From Nitrosopumilaceae archaeon (GTDB taxonomy: Archaea; Thermoproteota; Nitrososphaeria; Nitrososphaerales; Nitrosopumilaceae): DNA of 32,000 nucleotides. Below the pieces are notes generated by a model, which saw only the letters and a list, made by a program, of their open reading frames with translations, was not told the origin of the DNA and did not search any database. This document shows positions 1 through 9,615 of this stretch, piece by piece. The stretch is taken from NCBI GenBank assembly GCA_052389415.1, contig JBQTHX010000014.1, positions 61,363 to 93,362 on the forward strand. Direction: 5' to 3'. Each line of letters begins with the position of its first letter. Position 1 is the stretch's first letter. Both the position numbers and the translations under genes were made by a program.

Positions 1-2
1 AT

Positions 3-203
3 AGACTGGGTATAGTTGAAACAAAAACGCCAGAAGAGACAGAATTAGCACTAATGAAAAAAGTTCCAAGAAAATTCTGGCTGCAGATAAATGACACATT
101 TGTAATGTATGGTCAAAATATTTGCAAGCCAATATCCCCTATGTGTAATATTTGTCAGATAGCAAATGAATGTAAATATTACAAGATTAATTTCGTTTCT
201 TAG
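3..203 (+). CDS. nth: Endonuclease III (Nth, HhH-GPD DNA glycosylase), C-terminal fragment; the 5' end lies off the window
   Basis: Frame 3 is open from the window edge to TAG at 201-203. It reads RLGIVETKTPEETELALMKKVPRKFWLQINDTFVMYGQNICKPISPMCNICQIANECKYY. The C-X6-C-X2-C-X5-C spacing is the 4Fe-4S cluster loop of endonuclease III. It is missing from the ORF track because it has no start codon in the window. Confidence 0.7.
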   Translation, partial: RLGIVETKTPEETELALMKKVPRKFWLQINDTFVMYGQNICKPISPMCNICQIANECKYYKINFVS

Positions 204-897
204 TTTTGAGTAATATTAGAATAATAACTCCAACACCAGCAGCAAGAATGTATGGCAGAAAAAACAATGGATTAGCAGCTGGATTCCCAGAGACAATATT
301 GAGTATTACATCTCCTGATGTAGTCGCAGGAGGATCTGTTGATGATTCCATACCATAAACAGAAAAATCTTTTATTTTATAATTATCAAGACTTAAGTTA
401 GAAACAACAATTCTTTTTCCGTTATTTATTGTCAAACCATTATCATCAGCATAAACAACAATTATTTCCTCGTCATATTTCCAACCAGCTAATTCTTGAT
501 CATGAAGAACAGCATATCCTACATCAGGATTTTGTACTGCAACCCAGAATTTCATATCTGGTGCTCCACCCATTCCAATTTCAACAAATTTTGTCCTATC
601 TTCGTTATCATAGAATCGTATGACTCCATTACCCTGAGGATTTGCATATACTAGCTGGTTTTTTATGTTAAGCTGCCAATTCGTCTGATGTGTGTTTTCA
701 AACGAACCACTGTATGAATTACGGTTTATTACATTGAATTTTTCATATGGAATGTTGATAGATTCCATAAGTACAGAGGGATTTGATTGAATTTGTGCAT
801 AAACAGGAAAATTTGAAATTAGGAGTAAAAAGGACAGGACAAGAATTTTTTGCATAAATTTAGCAAAACTTGGTTTTGATGAAAATCTAGTCAACAA
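187..897 (-). CDS. Secreted, C-terminally membrane-anchored protein of unknown function
   Basis: Signal-peptide-like [21 protein letters not shown], a beta-rich middle, and a C-terminal hydrophobic helix with a basic tail ([20 protein letters not shown]). The true start may be the internal Met at 855. The 897 start overlaps the sat stop by 11 nt. Confidence 0.6.
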   Translation of the reverse strand: MLTRFSSKPSFAKFMQKILVLSFLLLISNFPVYAQIQSNPSVLMESINIPYEKFNVINRNSYSGSFENTHQTNWQLNIKNQLVYANPQGNGVIRFYDNEDRTKFVEIGMGGAPDMKFWVAVQNPDVGYAVLHDQELAGWKYDEEIIVVYADDNGLTINNGKRIVVSNLSLDNYKIKDFSVYGMESSTDPPATTSGDVILNIVSGNPAANPLFFLPYILAAGVGVIILILLKTKKRN

Positions 898-2041
898 ACG
901 GTTTATCCCAATTCATGATAATTTTTGATATCTCTGGACGGATCATATATTCAGATGGAGTTTGTCCTTCAAGTATCATAGTTCGTAATTTAGTACCACT
1001 TAGTTGTTCTTGAAATTCAGCTCCGTGCGGACAGTTTTTTTCACTTGCAAAAGAGAGACATTTTTTGCAATAAAAAAATGCAGGATAAAAGATTGGCTCA
1101 ATTTCAAGATCAGGATAATCACTAAATATTTTTTGTGCAGCAAAGGGATCGTAGAAGGTTCCAACTCCAGCATGATCACGACCAATAATAATATGGGTAC
1201 AACCAAAGTTTTTTCTCATTATTGCATGATGAATTGCTTCTTTTGGTCCTGCATATCTCATCTCTGTATGAAGGGTTGTTAGATAACACCTATTTTCTGG
1301 ATAATAATGTTTGATCAATGATTCGTATGAGCTTACTATAACTTCGTCTGTAAAATCGCCAGATTTTTTCTTTCCTATAAGTGGATTAATAAAAAGACCA
1401 TCATGTGTGTTAAGAGATGCTTTTTGAAGCATCTCATGTGCTACATGTGGTACGTTTCTCGTTTGAAATGCTACAATAGTCTTCCATCCAGCATTTTTAA
1501 AAAATGCTCTTGTATCCATTGGGGTTTTTCGATATTTCCGTATAGGAATTTCTTTAGGTCTTTTTATATAATCAATCTTTCCTGATACTAAGACATCTCG
1601 CATAGACATGGTTTTTGTTACACCTGGATGTTTGGGATCAGTTGTTCCATAGACACCTGTTGAGGTAACAGTTTTATCAAAAGTATAAGCCTCTTCTACC
1701 TGTAAAATAGCAATAGCATCACCATCAGGGTTCTTCAGTAGCACGTCTCCCGCCTCTTTCATTTTTGTAGCAGTTTGCTTATCAACATCTAAGACTATTG
1801 GTACTGTCCAAGGAACGCCATTTGATAATCTACCTTTACTAACTACACTTTCAAAGTCTCCTTGTGACAGAAATCCTTCGATTGGACTAAAAATGCCATC
1901 TGCAATGTTTTCAACGTCATTTGCAAGATCTGAATCAATTGAAATAGCAAACATTCCAGAGGGATTTTTTGTTGTAATCCTGTTTACTAATTTACCACCG
2001 TGTGGGATAGCAACACCGTTGTTTTTTTCCAAAAAATTCAC
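887..2041 (-). CDS. sat: Sulfate adenylyltransferase (ATP sulfurylase)
   Basis: 384 aa with the [11 protein letters not shown] and [10 protein letters not shown] motifs typical of ATP sulfurylase. The GTG start overlaps the cysH stop (GTGA at 2038-2041). Confidence 0.9.
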   Translation of the reverse strand: MNFLEKNNGVAIPHGGKLVNRITTKNPSGMFAISIDSDLANDVENIADGIFSPIEGFLSQGDFESVVSKGRLSNGVPWTVPIVLDVDKQTATKMKEAGDVLLKNPDGDAIAILQVEEAYTFDKTVTSTGVYGTTDPKHPGVTKTMSMRDVLVSGKIDYIKRPKEIPIRKYRKTPMDTRAFFKNAGWKTIVAFQTRNVPHVAHEMLQKASLNTHDGLFINPLIGKKKSGDFTDEVIVSSYESLIKHYYPENRCYLTTLHTEMRYAGPKEAIHHAIMRKNFGCTHIIIGRDHAGVGTFYDPFAAQKIFSDYPDLEIEPIFYPAFFYCKKCLSFASEKNCPHGAEFQEQLSGTKLRTMILEGQTPSEYMIRPEISKIIMNWDKPFVD

Positions 2042-2760
2042 TTGTTACCGTGATCTGCATGTAATCCGCATTCTTTTTCTGGATCGGTTTCCCACCACCA
2101 ACGACCTGCTCGTAAATCTTCACCTGGTTTGATTGCGCGAGTGCAAGGTTCACAACCAATACTTGGATAACCTTTGTCATGCAATTTGTTGTAAGGAATC
2201 TTATTTGCTTTGATATAATCCCATACTTGTTCCCATTTCCAGTCAATAATTGGGTTTACTTTGATCATGTTGTTATGTTGTTCATCTATCTCAATTTTTT
2301 TGGCGTCTGATCTATTCTGTGTTTGATCACTCCTTAATCCGGTTATCCATCCATCAATGGTTGAAAGCATCTTATTAAGTGGATGAACCTTTCGTATTCC
2401 ACAGCAAAGCTTTCTGTTACCGATGCTTTGATAGAATAAATTCATTCCATTTACTTTTACCATTTGCTCAACTTCATTTTGTTCTGGAAACATGACTTCA
2501 ATGTGCATATTGTATTTGTTTCGTATTTCATCCATCACATCATATGTCTCCTGATTGAGTCTACCTGTATCAAGTGTAAATACTCTGGATTTTGGATTTA
2601 TCTTCATCAACATATCTATAATCACCACATCCTCTGCACCAAAACTTGATGCAAATGCAACTTTTGGATGAAGATTATCAATTGTCCATTTGAGAATATC
2701 TTGCGGTGTTTTTAATTTGTCATTTAAATCTAAGATTTGTTGCGAAGTAAATTTATTCAT
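2038..2760 (-). CDS. cysH: Adenylylsulfate (APS) / PAPS reductase, thioredoxin-dependent, Fe-S cluster type
   Basis: 240 aa with the C-terminal catalytic ECGLH motif. It also has the Cys pairs RKLCCGIRK and GCEPCTRA, which mark the 4Fe-4S APS-reducing subgroup. Confidence 0.88.
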   Translation of the reverse strand: MNKFTSQQILDLNDKLKTPQDILKWTIDNLHPKVAFASSFGAEDVVIIDMLMKINPKSRVFTLDTGRLNQETYDVMDEIRNKYNMHIEVMFPEQNEVEQMVKVNGMNLFYQSIGNRKLCCGIRKVHPLNKMLSTIDGWITGLRSDQTQNRSDAKKIEIDEQHNNMIKVNPIIDWKWEQVWDYIKANKIPYNKLHDKGYPSIGCEPCTRAIKPGEDLRAGRWWWETDPEKECGLHADHGNK

Positions 2761-2852
2761 AAAAAATTATTCTGCCTATGGCCATATAATTATTGCTAGG
2801 TTTGATTATGCATCGTCCTAGAGTTATAAATAACGATGGATTAAGAAACAAA

Positions 2853-4007
2853 ATGAACGAAAAGACAGTTGTTGTTGTTTTCCCATCTTTATTTTCCTTG
2901 AATAAAATAGATTATCTGATATCAAGTATACATGAAGTACTTAAAACAAAAAAACTGACTTTTAGTAAGATTCGAAAAAATGATTCTGTAATAATAGTAG
3001 AAGCTGAGGATCCAGTATTTGCCTCATCTGCTATAAGTTACCTTTTTGGGATAGAAAAGATAGCCATTGCCAAAGAAATAGAAAATAAATTCAATGTTTT
3101 AGTCTCTACAATAGCCACAGTTGGTGCCAATCTGCTTCTTAAAGATGAAAGGTTCTATGTTAGGGTTGATGGCATAAAAACAGAATTTCTGCCAAAGGAC
3201 GTAGAACTTGCAGCTACCTCCGCTTTGATAGAAAAAACGCTTGATCTTCAAACAAAACCTGGTACAGAGTTCATCCATGATAAAATCATTTACACATATC
3301 TTACGAAATCACATGCATATGTCTGCATTTTTATTGACAAAGGACTTGGAGGCACTCCATACAAATCTCAAAACAAGAAGGTTTTTTGCAGCATATATGA
3401 TGAGCTTTCAGCTATATCATGTATTCAAACTCTTAAGATGGGTTTTGATGTAAAAATTTTAGTTTGTTATAATAATGAATCTGAGCTCCTCAATTTAGTT
3501 AAAATGTTAAATCAAATTCTATACAGATTTATTCAAACCAAATTTGAATTGTATTTTTGTAAGATTGATATGAAATCTGGAGGAAGAACAATTCTACTTA
3601 AGATTGCAATAATAACAGATATTCTAGCAACTCTTGCTAAAAGAAATAAAATTGATGGAATCTCAATTGCGATTTCGTCATCAATATTTTCTTCATGGTT
3701 TATAGAATATAACATGAAACATGTAATACAAAAAAATGTCTTTCCATTGTTTCCACTATTAGGTGCAGATAACAATATTTTTGAAATTGCAAAAGAATAC
3801 GGTTTAGAAAAATACGCCTCTAAAATTGAAAATCTATGTAAGATGAAATTCAAAAAAGATTTGTCTAAGAACAAGATTAGTAAGGTTTCACAGATCTCAC
3901 GTCGTAATATAAGAACAATAACTATTGAATTAGGATCAAATAATGTACATAACATTATTGACTCGTTGAAATCTAAACATCGTGGATTTAAGCAGGAAAC
4001 AAGCTAA
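2853..4007 (+). CDS. ThiI-like THUMP-domain protein with a degenerate PP-loop
   Basis: The ORF is open from 2793; I prefer Met at 2853 (MNEKTVVVV). The segment ERFYVRVDG...DVELAA...IDKGLGGTPYKSQNKKVFCSIYDELSAISCIQTLKMGFDVKILV parallels the THUMP, linker and PP-loop region of ThiI. SIYDELS sits where SGGxDS is expected. Confidence 0.55.
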   Translation: MNEKTVVVVFPSLFSLNKIDYLISSIHEVLKTKKLTFSKIRKNDSVIIVEAEDPVFASSAISYLFGIEKIAIAKEIENKFNVLVSTIATVGANLLLKDERFYVRVDGIKTEFLPKDVELAATSALIEKTLDLQTKPGTEFIHDKIIYTYLTKSHAYVCIFIDKGLGGTPYKSQNKKVFCSIYDELSAISCIQTLKMGFDVKILVCYNNESELLNLVKMLNQILYRFIQTKFELYFCKIDMKSGGRTILLKIAIITDILATLAKRNKIDGISIAISSSIFSSWFIEYNMKHVIQKNVFPLFPLLGADNNIFEIAKEYGLEKYASKIENLCKMKFKKDLSKNKISKVSQISRRNIRTITIELGSNNVHNIIDSLKSKHRGFKQETS

Positions 4008-4016
4008 TCTGAGACT

Positions 4017-5246
4017 ATGATAAAGGTGGGACAGTTTATCTATCCATGGGGAAATGGACACTATAGTAGAATGATGTCGTTGGACAGAGTTCTTCCAGAT
4101 TATATTAATGATGAGTTAGAAATTCATTATTCTAGTAAGGGTGATGTATATCAAAAATTATTACAAAAATTTCCTCATAAGAAGAATCAAATCCATGAGG
4201 TTTTGATGCCTACACCTATAGATGGAAAATGCGGGCCTAGTGTAACACTTTCTATGTTAAATTTTTTATTTCCAGTTTCAGGTAATCCACCTCTCGTAAC
4301 TCAAATTTCTAATTATCTAAAAATGGAAGCAGGTCTTTACAACACAGAAAAGTTTGATTTGGTGATAAACGATGGTGACATGGGTTCAAATGTATTGGCT
4401 CAAAGGAGAGGAATCGACTCAGTTTTTGTAACAAATCAATTTAGACCAAAACTCTGGCGATCGCATTTTTATTTTTATCCATCCTTGATATACATCTCAA
4501 AGCAGATCGCAAAGGCCACGAAGATAGTTGTTGCTGACTCGGCTCCTCCAAACACAATATGTGAATACAATCTAAATTTCCCAGATAAGATAAAACAAAA
4601 AGTTGTTTACGCGGGTCATTTTTCGAATGCGATAACAGTAGATCATACTCAAAAGACAGACTTTGAAAAATTAATTGAGAATGAAAATTTTGGTTATTGG
4701 ATGCAAACTGGTAACAAAGCCACCAAAGAATTTACAGGTAGAAAGTATGAAGAAGTATTTCACTCAGAAGCTATGCAGGATCAGAGACGCATTGTTTCAC
4801 ATGCACAAAATGACCCTTCTCTAGATAAAGTAAAAGGAAAAGATGGTAAGATCTACTCTATTTCATATGCTCTTGAACACAAAATAGATTGGATCCAGAT
4901 TGATGTTGGATTCCTGTCAGAACAAGAAAAAGATACGGTTTTGGATTTGTGTAAATATGCAGTGATAAACGGTTCCCATACAGCAATGTGTGAAATCATT
5001 GGAACTAAAGCAAAACCAATCATAGGAATCCCTGTTTATGATGAACATGCAAACCAGATAAAATGGGCTGAAGAGAGAAAATTAGGAATTCTTGCAAATA
5101 ACACAAAGCAAGTGATCCAAGCTGTTCACAGCGTTCAAGATAATCATAATACATATGAAGAACACCTAGCAGCTTTTGCTAGAAGTTTTAACCGTAATGG
5201 AGCCACAAATACTGCAAAAATAATTGCGGAAATGCTTGAGAGTTAG
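4017..5246 (+). CDS. GT-B fold glycosyltransferase (GT1/GT28, MurG-like)
   Basis: 409 aa. N-terminal YPWGNGHYSRM resembles the G-x-G-H loop of GT1/GT28 enzymes. The C-terminal INGSHTAMCEIIGTKAKPIIGIPVYDEHANQ resembles the GT28 C-terminal donor-binding region. It starts 9 nt after the preceding stop. Confidence 0.55.
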   Translation: MIKVGQFIYPWGNGHYSRMMSLDRVLPDYINDELEIHYSSKGDVYQKLLQKFPHKKNQIHEVLMPTPIDGKCGPSVTLSMLNFLFPVSGNPPLVTQISNYLKMEAGLYNTEKFDLVINDGDMGSNVLAQRRGIDSVFVTNQFRPKLWRSHFYFYPSLIYISKQIAKATKIVVADSAPPNTICEYNLNFPDKIKQKVVYAGHFSNAITVDHTQKTDFEKLIENENFGYWMQTGNKATKEFTGRKYEEVFHSEAMQDQRRIVSHAQNDPSLDKVKGKDGKIYSISYALEHKIDWIQIDVGFLSEQEKDTVLDLCKYAVINGSHTAMCEIIGTKAKPIIGIPVYDEHANQIKWAEERKLGILANNTKQVIQAVHSVQDNHNTYEEHLAAFARSFNRNGATNTAKIIAEMLES

Positions 5247-5279
5247 AAAGAATTATAATTTTTCTATGCGAAGAAGCAA

Positions 5280-5346
5280 TCTGGTACGCGGCATTTTTGA
5301 TGGGCGAACTGACCGTAAGGGATGACGACATAGACCGCGTACCAGA
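5280..5346 (+). ncRNA. Candidate small structured RNA: 12-bp perfect GC-rich stem enclosing a 43-nt loop with C/D-box-like words
   Basis: TCTGGTACGCGG (5280-5291) is the exact reverse complement of CCGCGTACCAGA (5335-5346). The loop contains TGATGG, CTGA and GATGACGA. It is clearly more GC-rich than its flanks. Strand and class are uncertain. Confidence 0.4.
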
Positions 5347-5379
5347 ATTACCAAAAGCTTTTATGGATAATTTTGATGA

Positions 5380-5610
5380 GTGGCGTCATTGACCGATTGC
5401 CCTGAATGCGCTGCAAAGCAGGTAGTAACCGAGATGAAATTTGATTTAAACACAAAACATTTTATTTGTAAAAAATGCGGTCTATATGCTACCCGTGAAC
5501 AAATAAGCGATATTAGAGATAGGTTAAATCAACGCGAAAGAACACGTGAGGATAAACATGATGAGTATAGGGACTGGTGGCAATCAAGCAAGAAGGATAA
5601 GCAGAGTTAA
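5380..5610 (+). CDS. Small zinc-ribbon protein with a basic C-terminal tail
   Basis: 76 aa with a GTG start. It has CPEC...(17 aa)...CKKC four-cysteine spacing followed by a Lys/Arg/Glu-rich tail. Confidence 0.55.
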   Translation: MASLTDCPECAAKQVVTEMKFDLNTKHFICKKCGLYATREQISDIRDRLNQRERTREDKHDEYRDWWQSSKKDKQS

Positions 5611-5627
5611 TTACAAAGTGAAAGTTT

Positions 5628-6014
5628 ATGGCAAAAGAACTTCCAAAATGGGTCCAAGATGAAATAAACAGCGCAAAGACTGAGAAACCGGAATCAGAAA
5701 CAAGAACAGGTTACATTCTTGAGATATATGATAAAGACATGAGGATTGATGTTCAGTTGTATGAAGAAGTTGAGGACGGACGACGTATTATAACTTTAGA
5801 TTTGCCAACAAAAGTAAAACCAACTAATTTAATGAAAGGTGTTGTGTATGAATTCACCTTTAATTCTTCAAAAACACCTCTAAGTAAAAAACTACTCGAG
5901 TTTCTGAAAAATGAAATGAAAATTGATTATGATGCCTACAAGTTTGAGCTGACTAATCTAGAATTGATGGATGTTGATTCTGATACAGCAGGTCAAGAAG
6001 CTGAAGATGAATAA
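5628..6014 (+). CDS. Hypothetical protein with an acidic C-terminus
   Basis: 128 aa ORF starting 17 nt after the zinc-ribbon gene on the same strand. I recognise no motif. The tail is DVDSDTAGQEAEDE. Confidence 0.5.
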   Translation: MAKELPKWVQDEINSAKTEKPESETRTGYILEIYDKDMRIDVQLYEEVEDGRRIITLDLPTKVKPTNLMKGVVYEFTFNSSKTPLSKKLLEFLKNEMKIDYDAYKFELTNLELMDVDSDTAGQEAEDE

Positions 6015-6049
6015 ATCAAGATAAGGCAATTAATAATCTCCATAAGAAT

Positions 6050-6829
6050 TCATTTTTTCTTAAAAGCTGCTTCTATGATTGGATTTATTAAATATGGGAC
6101 AGTGTGCTTAAGCCATACTGCGCCTCTTGCAAATGGAGGTACGATTATCTCAGATCTTGGTGATGTAGCTGCCCTTACAATTGCTTTGGCTACAGTTTTT
6201 GGTTCAAGTGTAGCAAACCCATATTTACCTAGTGATTTGAATGACGGGTGATCAAAAAAGTTAGTTCTTACCATTATTGGACTGACTACAGTAACGCCAA
6301 CACCACTTCCTTTTAGTTCATGATACAATCCCTCTGAAAATCCAAGCATAGCGAATTTAGATGCACAATAAGGAGCAATTCCTGGAAGACCAAAACTCCC
6401 TGCTAGAGAAGCTACGTTTACTATATGTCCAGTACTTCGTTCCAGCATTTTTGGTAGAAATGCTTTGATACAGTAAACCATTCCGAAATAATTGGTTTCC
6501 ATTTGGGATACTATATCTTCTATGTGTAGTTCCGACACAGTTCCAAATATTGCAAAACCTGCATTATTGACTAGAATATCTATTTTGCCAAATTTATCTA
6601 AAACAGTTTTGCTCATCTGATCTACTTCATTTCGGTTAGAAACGTCACATTGGCAGACTAGTATGTTAGAACCGTATCTGACAAGTTTTTCTGATATAGA
6701 ATCTAGATTTTCCTTTCTTCTTGCAACCAAGACAATAGAACTTTTTCGTTTAGCAAATTCCATTGCAGTTGCTTCTCCAATGCCACTAGATCCACCAGTA
6801 ATTACTGTAACTTTATTATTAAAATCCAT
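6050..6829 (-). CDS. Short-chain dehydrogenase/reductase (SDR) family oxidoreductase
   Basis: TGGSSGIGEATA Rossmann motif, NNAG, and the catalytic YCASKFA (YxxxK). Confidence 0.85.
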   Translation of the reverse strand: MDFNNKVTVITGGSSGIGEATAMEFAKRKSSIVLVARRKENLDSISEKLVRYGSNILVCQCDVSNRNEVDQMSKTVLDKFGKIDILVNNAGFAIFGTVSELHIEDIVSQMETNYFGMVYCIKAFLPKMLERSTGHIVNVASLAGSFGLPGIAPYCASKFAMLGFSEGLYHELKGSGVGVTVVSPIMVRTNFFDHPSFKSLGKYGFATLEPKTVAKAIVRAATSPRSEIIVPPFARGAVWLKHTVPYLINPIIEAAFKKK

Positions 6830-6863
6830 AAAGAGAAACTGGATAATTGAAAATAAATGCTTT

Positions 6864-7880
6864 CTACGAAATTTCAGGTTTTTTTGTACGTGGATATACG
6901 ATCTTCATCAAAAGAATCCAGCTTATTACAAGACTAACATGATATGTTGCTATTCTCCATGCGATAACAATATTCCATTGTATACTGTCTTTGGTTGGCT
7001 CAAAAGTCAAACTATTAAGATTTCCAAGATAAGCCCATATACCAAATTCTGTAAGACCTGAACCACCTATTGTTACAGGTATATTTCCTAAAGCATTTGA
7101 GGCCATTGCGGCCAAGAGTGAATCTAAAAACCCTATGAAATAGCCAGCTCCATTTGCAATTACCATAAATGAAATTCCATAAAAGACCCAGGTGAATAAA
7201 GAAAAAATCATAGAAACAACAAATGCCTTTTTTGCGAGTTTATTATGGAGGCTTTGCCTGCTCATATCACAAACTTCTTCCATCCATTGATTTGTTTTAT
7301 CAATGTATTTTGAAGCACGTTCTTTGCCGACCTTTTTTACACTTTTTTCTATCCAAGGTGGAACTTGAAAAGTTCTCTTATAAGATAGGAAAAAAAGACC
7401 TGACCAAATTGCGGTAACTGGTAAACTTATTGCAATAATTACGATTCCAATAATTAATGCACCATTGAAAAACGCAAAGGCAGCTGAAGTCAACGCAAAG
7501 ATTCCCGCTACTAGAACTTCGGTAACGATTTCCATTATTGTAACCCAGGTAGCTTTACCTGTTGGAATTCCTTTCTTTTTTAACCAAATTATTCTTACCA
7601 GCTCACCACCAACAAACGAAGGAGTGGTTGAAGTGACAAATTCACTTCCAATTCTTACTGAAACTGTTTTCCATGGGAGCTCAATATTACCTAGAAATTT
7701 CTTTACCAAGTAATTGAATTTTAAACCCTGCATCAGTAATTTTCCAACAATTGCTAAAGCTGCTCCTACAAAGGGAATGAAACCAACAGCAAAAAGCTCT
7801 TCAAGTTTTATGTCAAATGTTAATGCAATTAAAATAAATGGTATAATGCTAACTGGAATTGCCAAAAGTTTCCAATTCAT
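6864..7880 (-). CDS. Integral membrane protein, UPF0104 / lysyl-PG-synthase-TM-like (flippase-like) family
   Basis: 338 aa, polytopic. The motif SFVGGELVRIIWLKKKGIP matches the conserved GGE..R...L.K.G loop of this family, as I recall it. Confidence 0.6.
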   Translation of the reverse strand: MNWKLLAIPVSIIPFILIALTFDIKLEELFAVGFIPFVGAALAIVGKLLMQGLKFNYLVKKFLGNIELPWKTVSVRIGSEFVTSTTPSFVGGELVRIIWLKKKGIPTGKATWVTIMEIVTEVLVAGIFALTSAAFAFFNGALIIGIVIIAISLPVTAIWSGLFFLSYKRTFQVPPWIEKSVKKVGKERASKYIDKTNQWMEEVCDMSRQSLHNKLAKKAFVVSMIFSLFTWVFYGISFMVIANGAGYFIGFLDSLLAAMASNALGNIPVTIGGSGLTEFGIWAYLGNLNSLTFEPTKDSIQWNIVIAWRIATYHVSLVISWILLMKIVYPRTKKPEIS

Positions 7881-7936
7881 TGGTTGTTTTAATTAAGGAT
7901 GGAAATATAAGCTCAACATGAAATATAATCAGCAAA

Positions 7937-8695
7937 TTGAAAACTATTTTTATTTTAGGTACGGCAGGATCTGGAAAATCATTACTTGCTTCCAAACTTT
8001 ATGATTATTATACCAAAAATGGTGCTTTTGTAGGGGTTCTAAATTTGGATCCAGGAGTTGAAAATCTTCCGTATACATGTGATGTAGACATTAGAGATTA
8101 TGTAGATATCATATCAATAATGAGACAGTACGATTTGGGTCCAAATGGTGCATTAATTATGGCAAATGATCTTATTGCATCAAAAATAGATCAGATTCAA
8201 CTTGATGTTAATAATGTAAACCCAGATTATCTTATTGTTGATACTCCGGGTCAAATAGAGCTTTTTGCATACAGAACAAGTGGTCCATTTTTTGTGCAAA
8301 ATTTTGATTCTGAACATAAAGTTGCGTTATTTTTGCATGATGGAGTATTGTTAACCACGCCAAATAATTTTGTCTCAGTTGCACTTCTTGCTACATCGAT
8401 AAAACTAAGACTCAATTTGTCATATCTTAATGTATTAACAAAAACTGATCTAATTGAGGATAAAATTAAAACCATATTAAAATGGTCAACTGATGTAAAA
8501 AATCTCGAAGATGCTATCGCAAAACAGTCTGATGGCGAAAACTATACACTGGTAACTAACATTTTACGAAGTTTGAATATCGGTGGCTTTTCTCAGGGAC
8601 TTCTTCCAATTTCTAATGCGACTGGAGAGGGAATGGTGAATTTGGAAGCAGCATTAAGCAGAATTCTTAATTTGGGAGAGGAGATAGAAGATTAA
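7937..8695 (+). CDS. GPN-loop GTPase
   Basis: P-loop GTAGSGKS at residues 8-15, GPNG (GPN loop), and DTPGQIELF. The TTG start is forced: an in-frame stop lies at 7919-7921 and there is no ATG before the P-loop. Confidence 0.85.
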   Translation: MKTIFILGTAGSGKSLLASKLYDYYTKNGAFVGVLNLDPGVENLPYTCDVDIRDYVDIISIMRQYDLGPNGALIMANDLIASKIDQIQLDVNNVNPDYLIVDTPGQIELFAYRTSGPFFVQNFDSEHKVALFLHDGVLLTTPNNFVSVALLATSIKLRLNLSYLNVLTKTDLIEDKIKTILKWSTDVKNLEDAIAKQSDGENYTLVTNILRSLNIGGFSQGLLPISNATGEGMVNLEAALSRILNLGEEIED

Positions 8696-9613
8696 TTGGT
8701 TACTGGTGTTGATGTAAAGGCTCCTTCTTCTACAGCAAACTTAGGTCCTGGTTTTGATGTCTTTGGTCTAGCCTTGGATGCGTTTTACGATCATGTACAC
8801 CTTGAAAAGAGTGGTCACGGAATTAAGATTCAGAGTTCTGATACAATTCCTCTCATTGTTGAAAAAAATTCCGCCGGCTTGGTAGTAAAAGAAATGACAA
8901 AATCATTTAAGATAAAATCAGGTGTCGTTTTAAAAATCAAAAAAGGAGTTCCTGCAGGTTTTGGTATGGGAAGTAGTGCTGCTTCTGCAGCTGCTGCAGC
9001 CGTAGCATTTGATGCATTGTTTAATCTCGATCTTGATTCAAATACTCTTGTAAAATTTGCAGGCATGGGCGAAAAAGCTAGTGCTGGTTCTATTCATTAT
9101 GATAATGTTGCAGCCTCTACACTTGGCGGTTTTGTTATTGTCAAACAGGAGCCTTTTGATGTCATAAAAATTGAACCACCTAAGGATCTAGTACTTTGTG
9201 TAGCAATTCCAAAACTTGATGTACCTATGAAAAAAACTCAGGTTTCCAGAAGTGTATTGCCACATCAGGTCAGACTTTCAGATTCTGTCCGTAATCTTTC
9301 TAATGCAGCTGCAATAGTTGCCGGATTTATGAAAAAGGATGTTGATTTGATTGGGAATTCTATTAAAGATGTCATAGTGGAACCTGCAAGACAGCATCTC
9401 ATACCTGGATTTAATCAAGTAAAGGAAAATGCTCTTCAAGCTGGAGCATTAGGTGTTACGATAAGTGGTGCAGGACCTTCTATCATAGCTTTTACTTCAA
9501 GATCGTCCAATCCTAAAAAAATCTGTAGTGCTATGGAAAAAGGATTCATGTCGACAAAAACAAAATGTAGTACAATTATTTGTAGACCAAGCAAGGGAGC
9601 TGCTGTGGTATAA
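8696..9613 (+). CDS. thrB: Homoserine kinase (GHMP kinase family)
   Basis: APSSTANLGPGFDVFGLAL and the GHMP motif GFGMGSSAASAAA. The TTG start directly follows the upstream TAA. Confidence 0.85.
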   Translation: MVTGVDVKAPSSTANLGPGFDVFGLALDAFYDHVHLEKSGHGIKIQSSDTIPLIVEKNSAGLVVKEMTKSFKIKSGVVLKIKKGVPAGFGMGSSAASAAAAAVAFDALFNLDLDSNTLVKFAGMGEKASAGSIHYDNVAASTLGGFVIVKQEPFDVIKIEPPKDLVLCVAIPKLDVPMKKTQVSRSVLPHQVRLSDSVRNLSNAAAIVAGFMKKDVDLIGNSIKDVIVEPARQHLIPGFNQVKENALQAGALGVTISGAGPSIIAFTSRSSNPKKICSAMEKGFMSTKTKCSTIICRPSKGAAVV

Positions 9614-9615
9614 TT

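Noticed and set aside
187-897. A PGF-CTERM or PEFG-CTERM archaeosortase sorting signal at the C-terminus of the 236-aa secreted protein.
   Set aside because: The tripartite shape (short motif, TM helix, basic tail) is present, but the motif reads NPLFFLP rather than PGF or PEFG. I call it only a C-terminal anchor.
3533-3955. Long antisense or shadow ORFs inside confident genes. Examples: 3533-3955, 6663-7061, 15381-15749, 21915-22268, 22324-22701, 27480-27827, plus the many 60-90 aa entries in the track.
   Set aside because: Each lies wholly or almost wholly within a longer opposite-strand or alternate-frame ORF (6663-7061 also crosses a short spacer) that has recognisable motifs or clear signal-peptide/TM architecture. 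None has a motif of its own.
5280-5346. A canonical C/D box methylation-guide sRNA, or a tRNA.
   Set aside because: The box-like words are present but the spacers are 5 nt and 8 nt rather than about 12 nt. No terminal D box (CTGA) precedes the 3' stem. A 12-bp terminal stem and a 67-nt length fit neither class.
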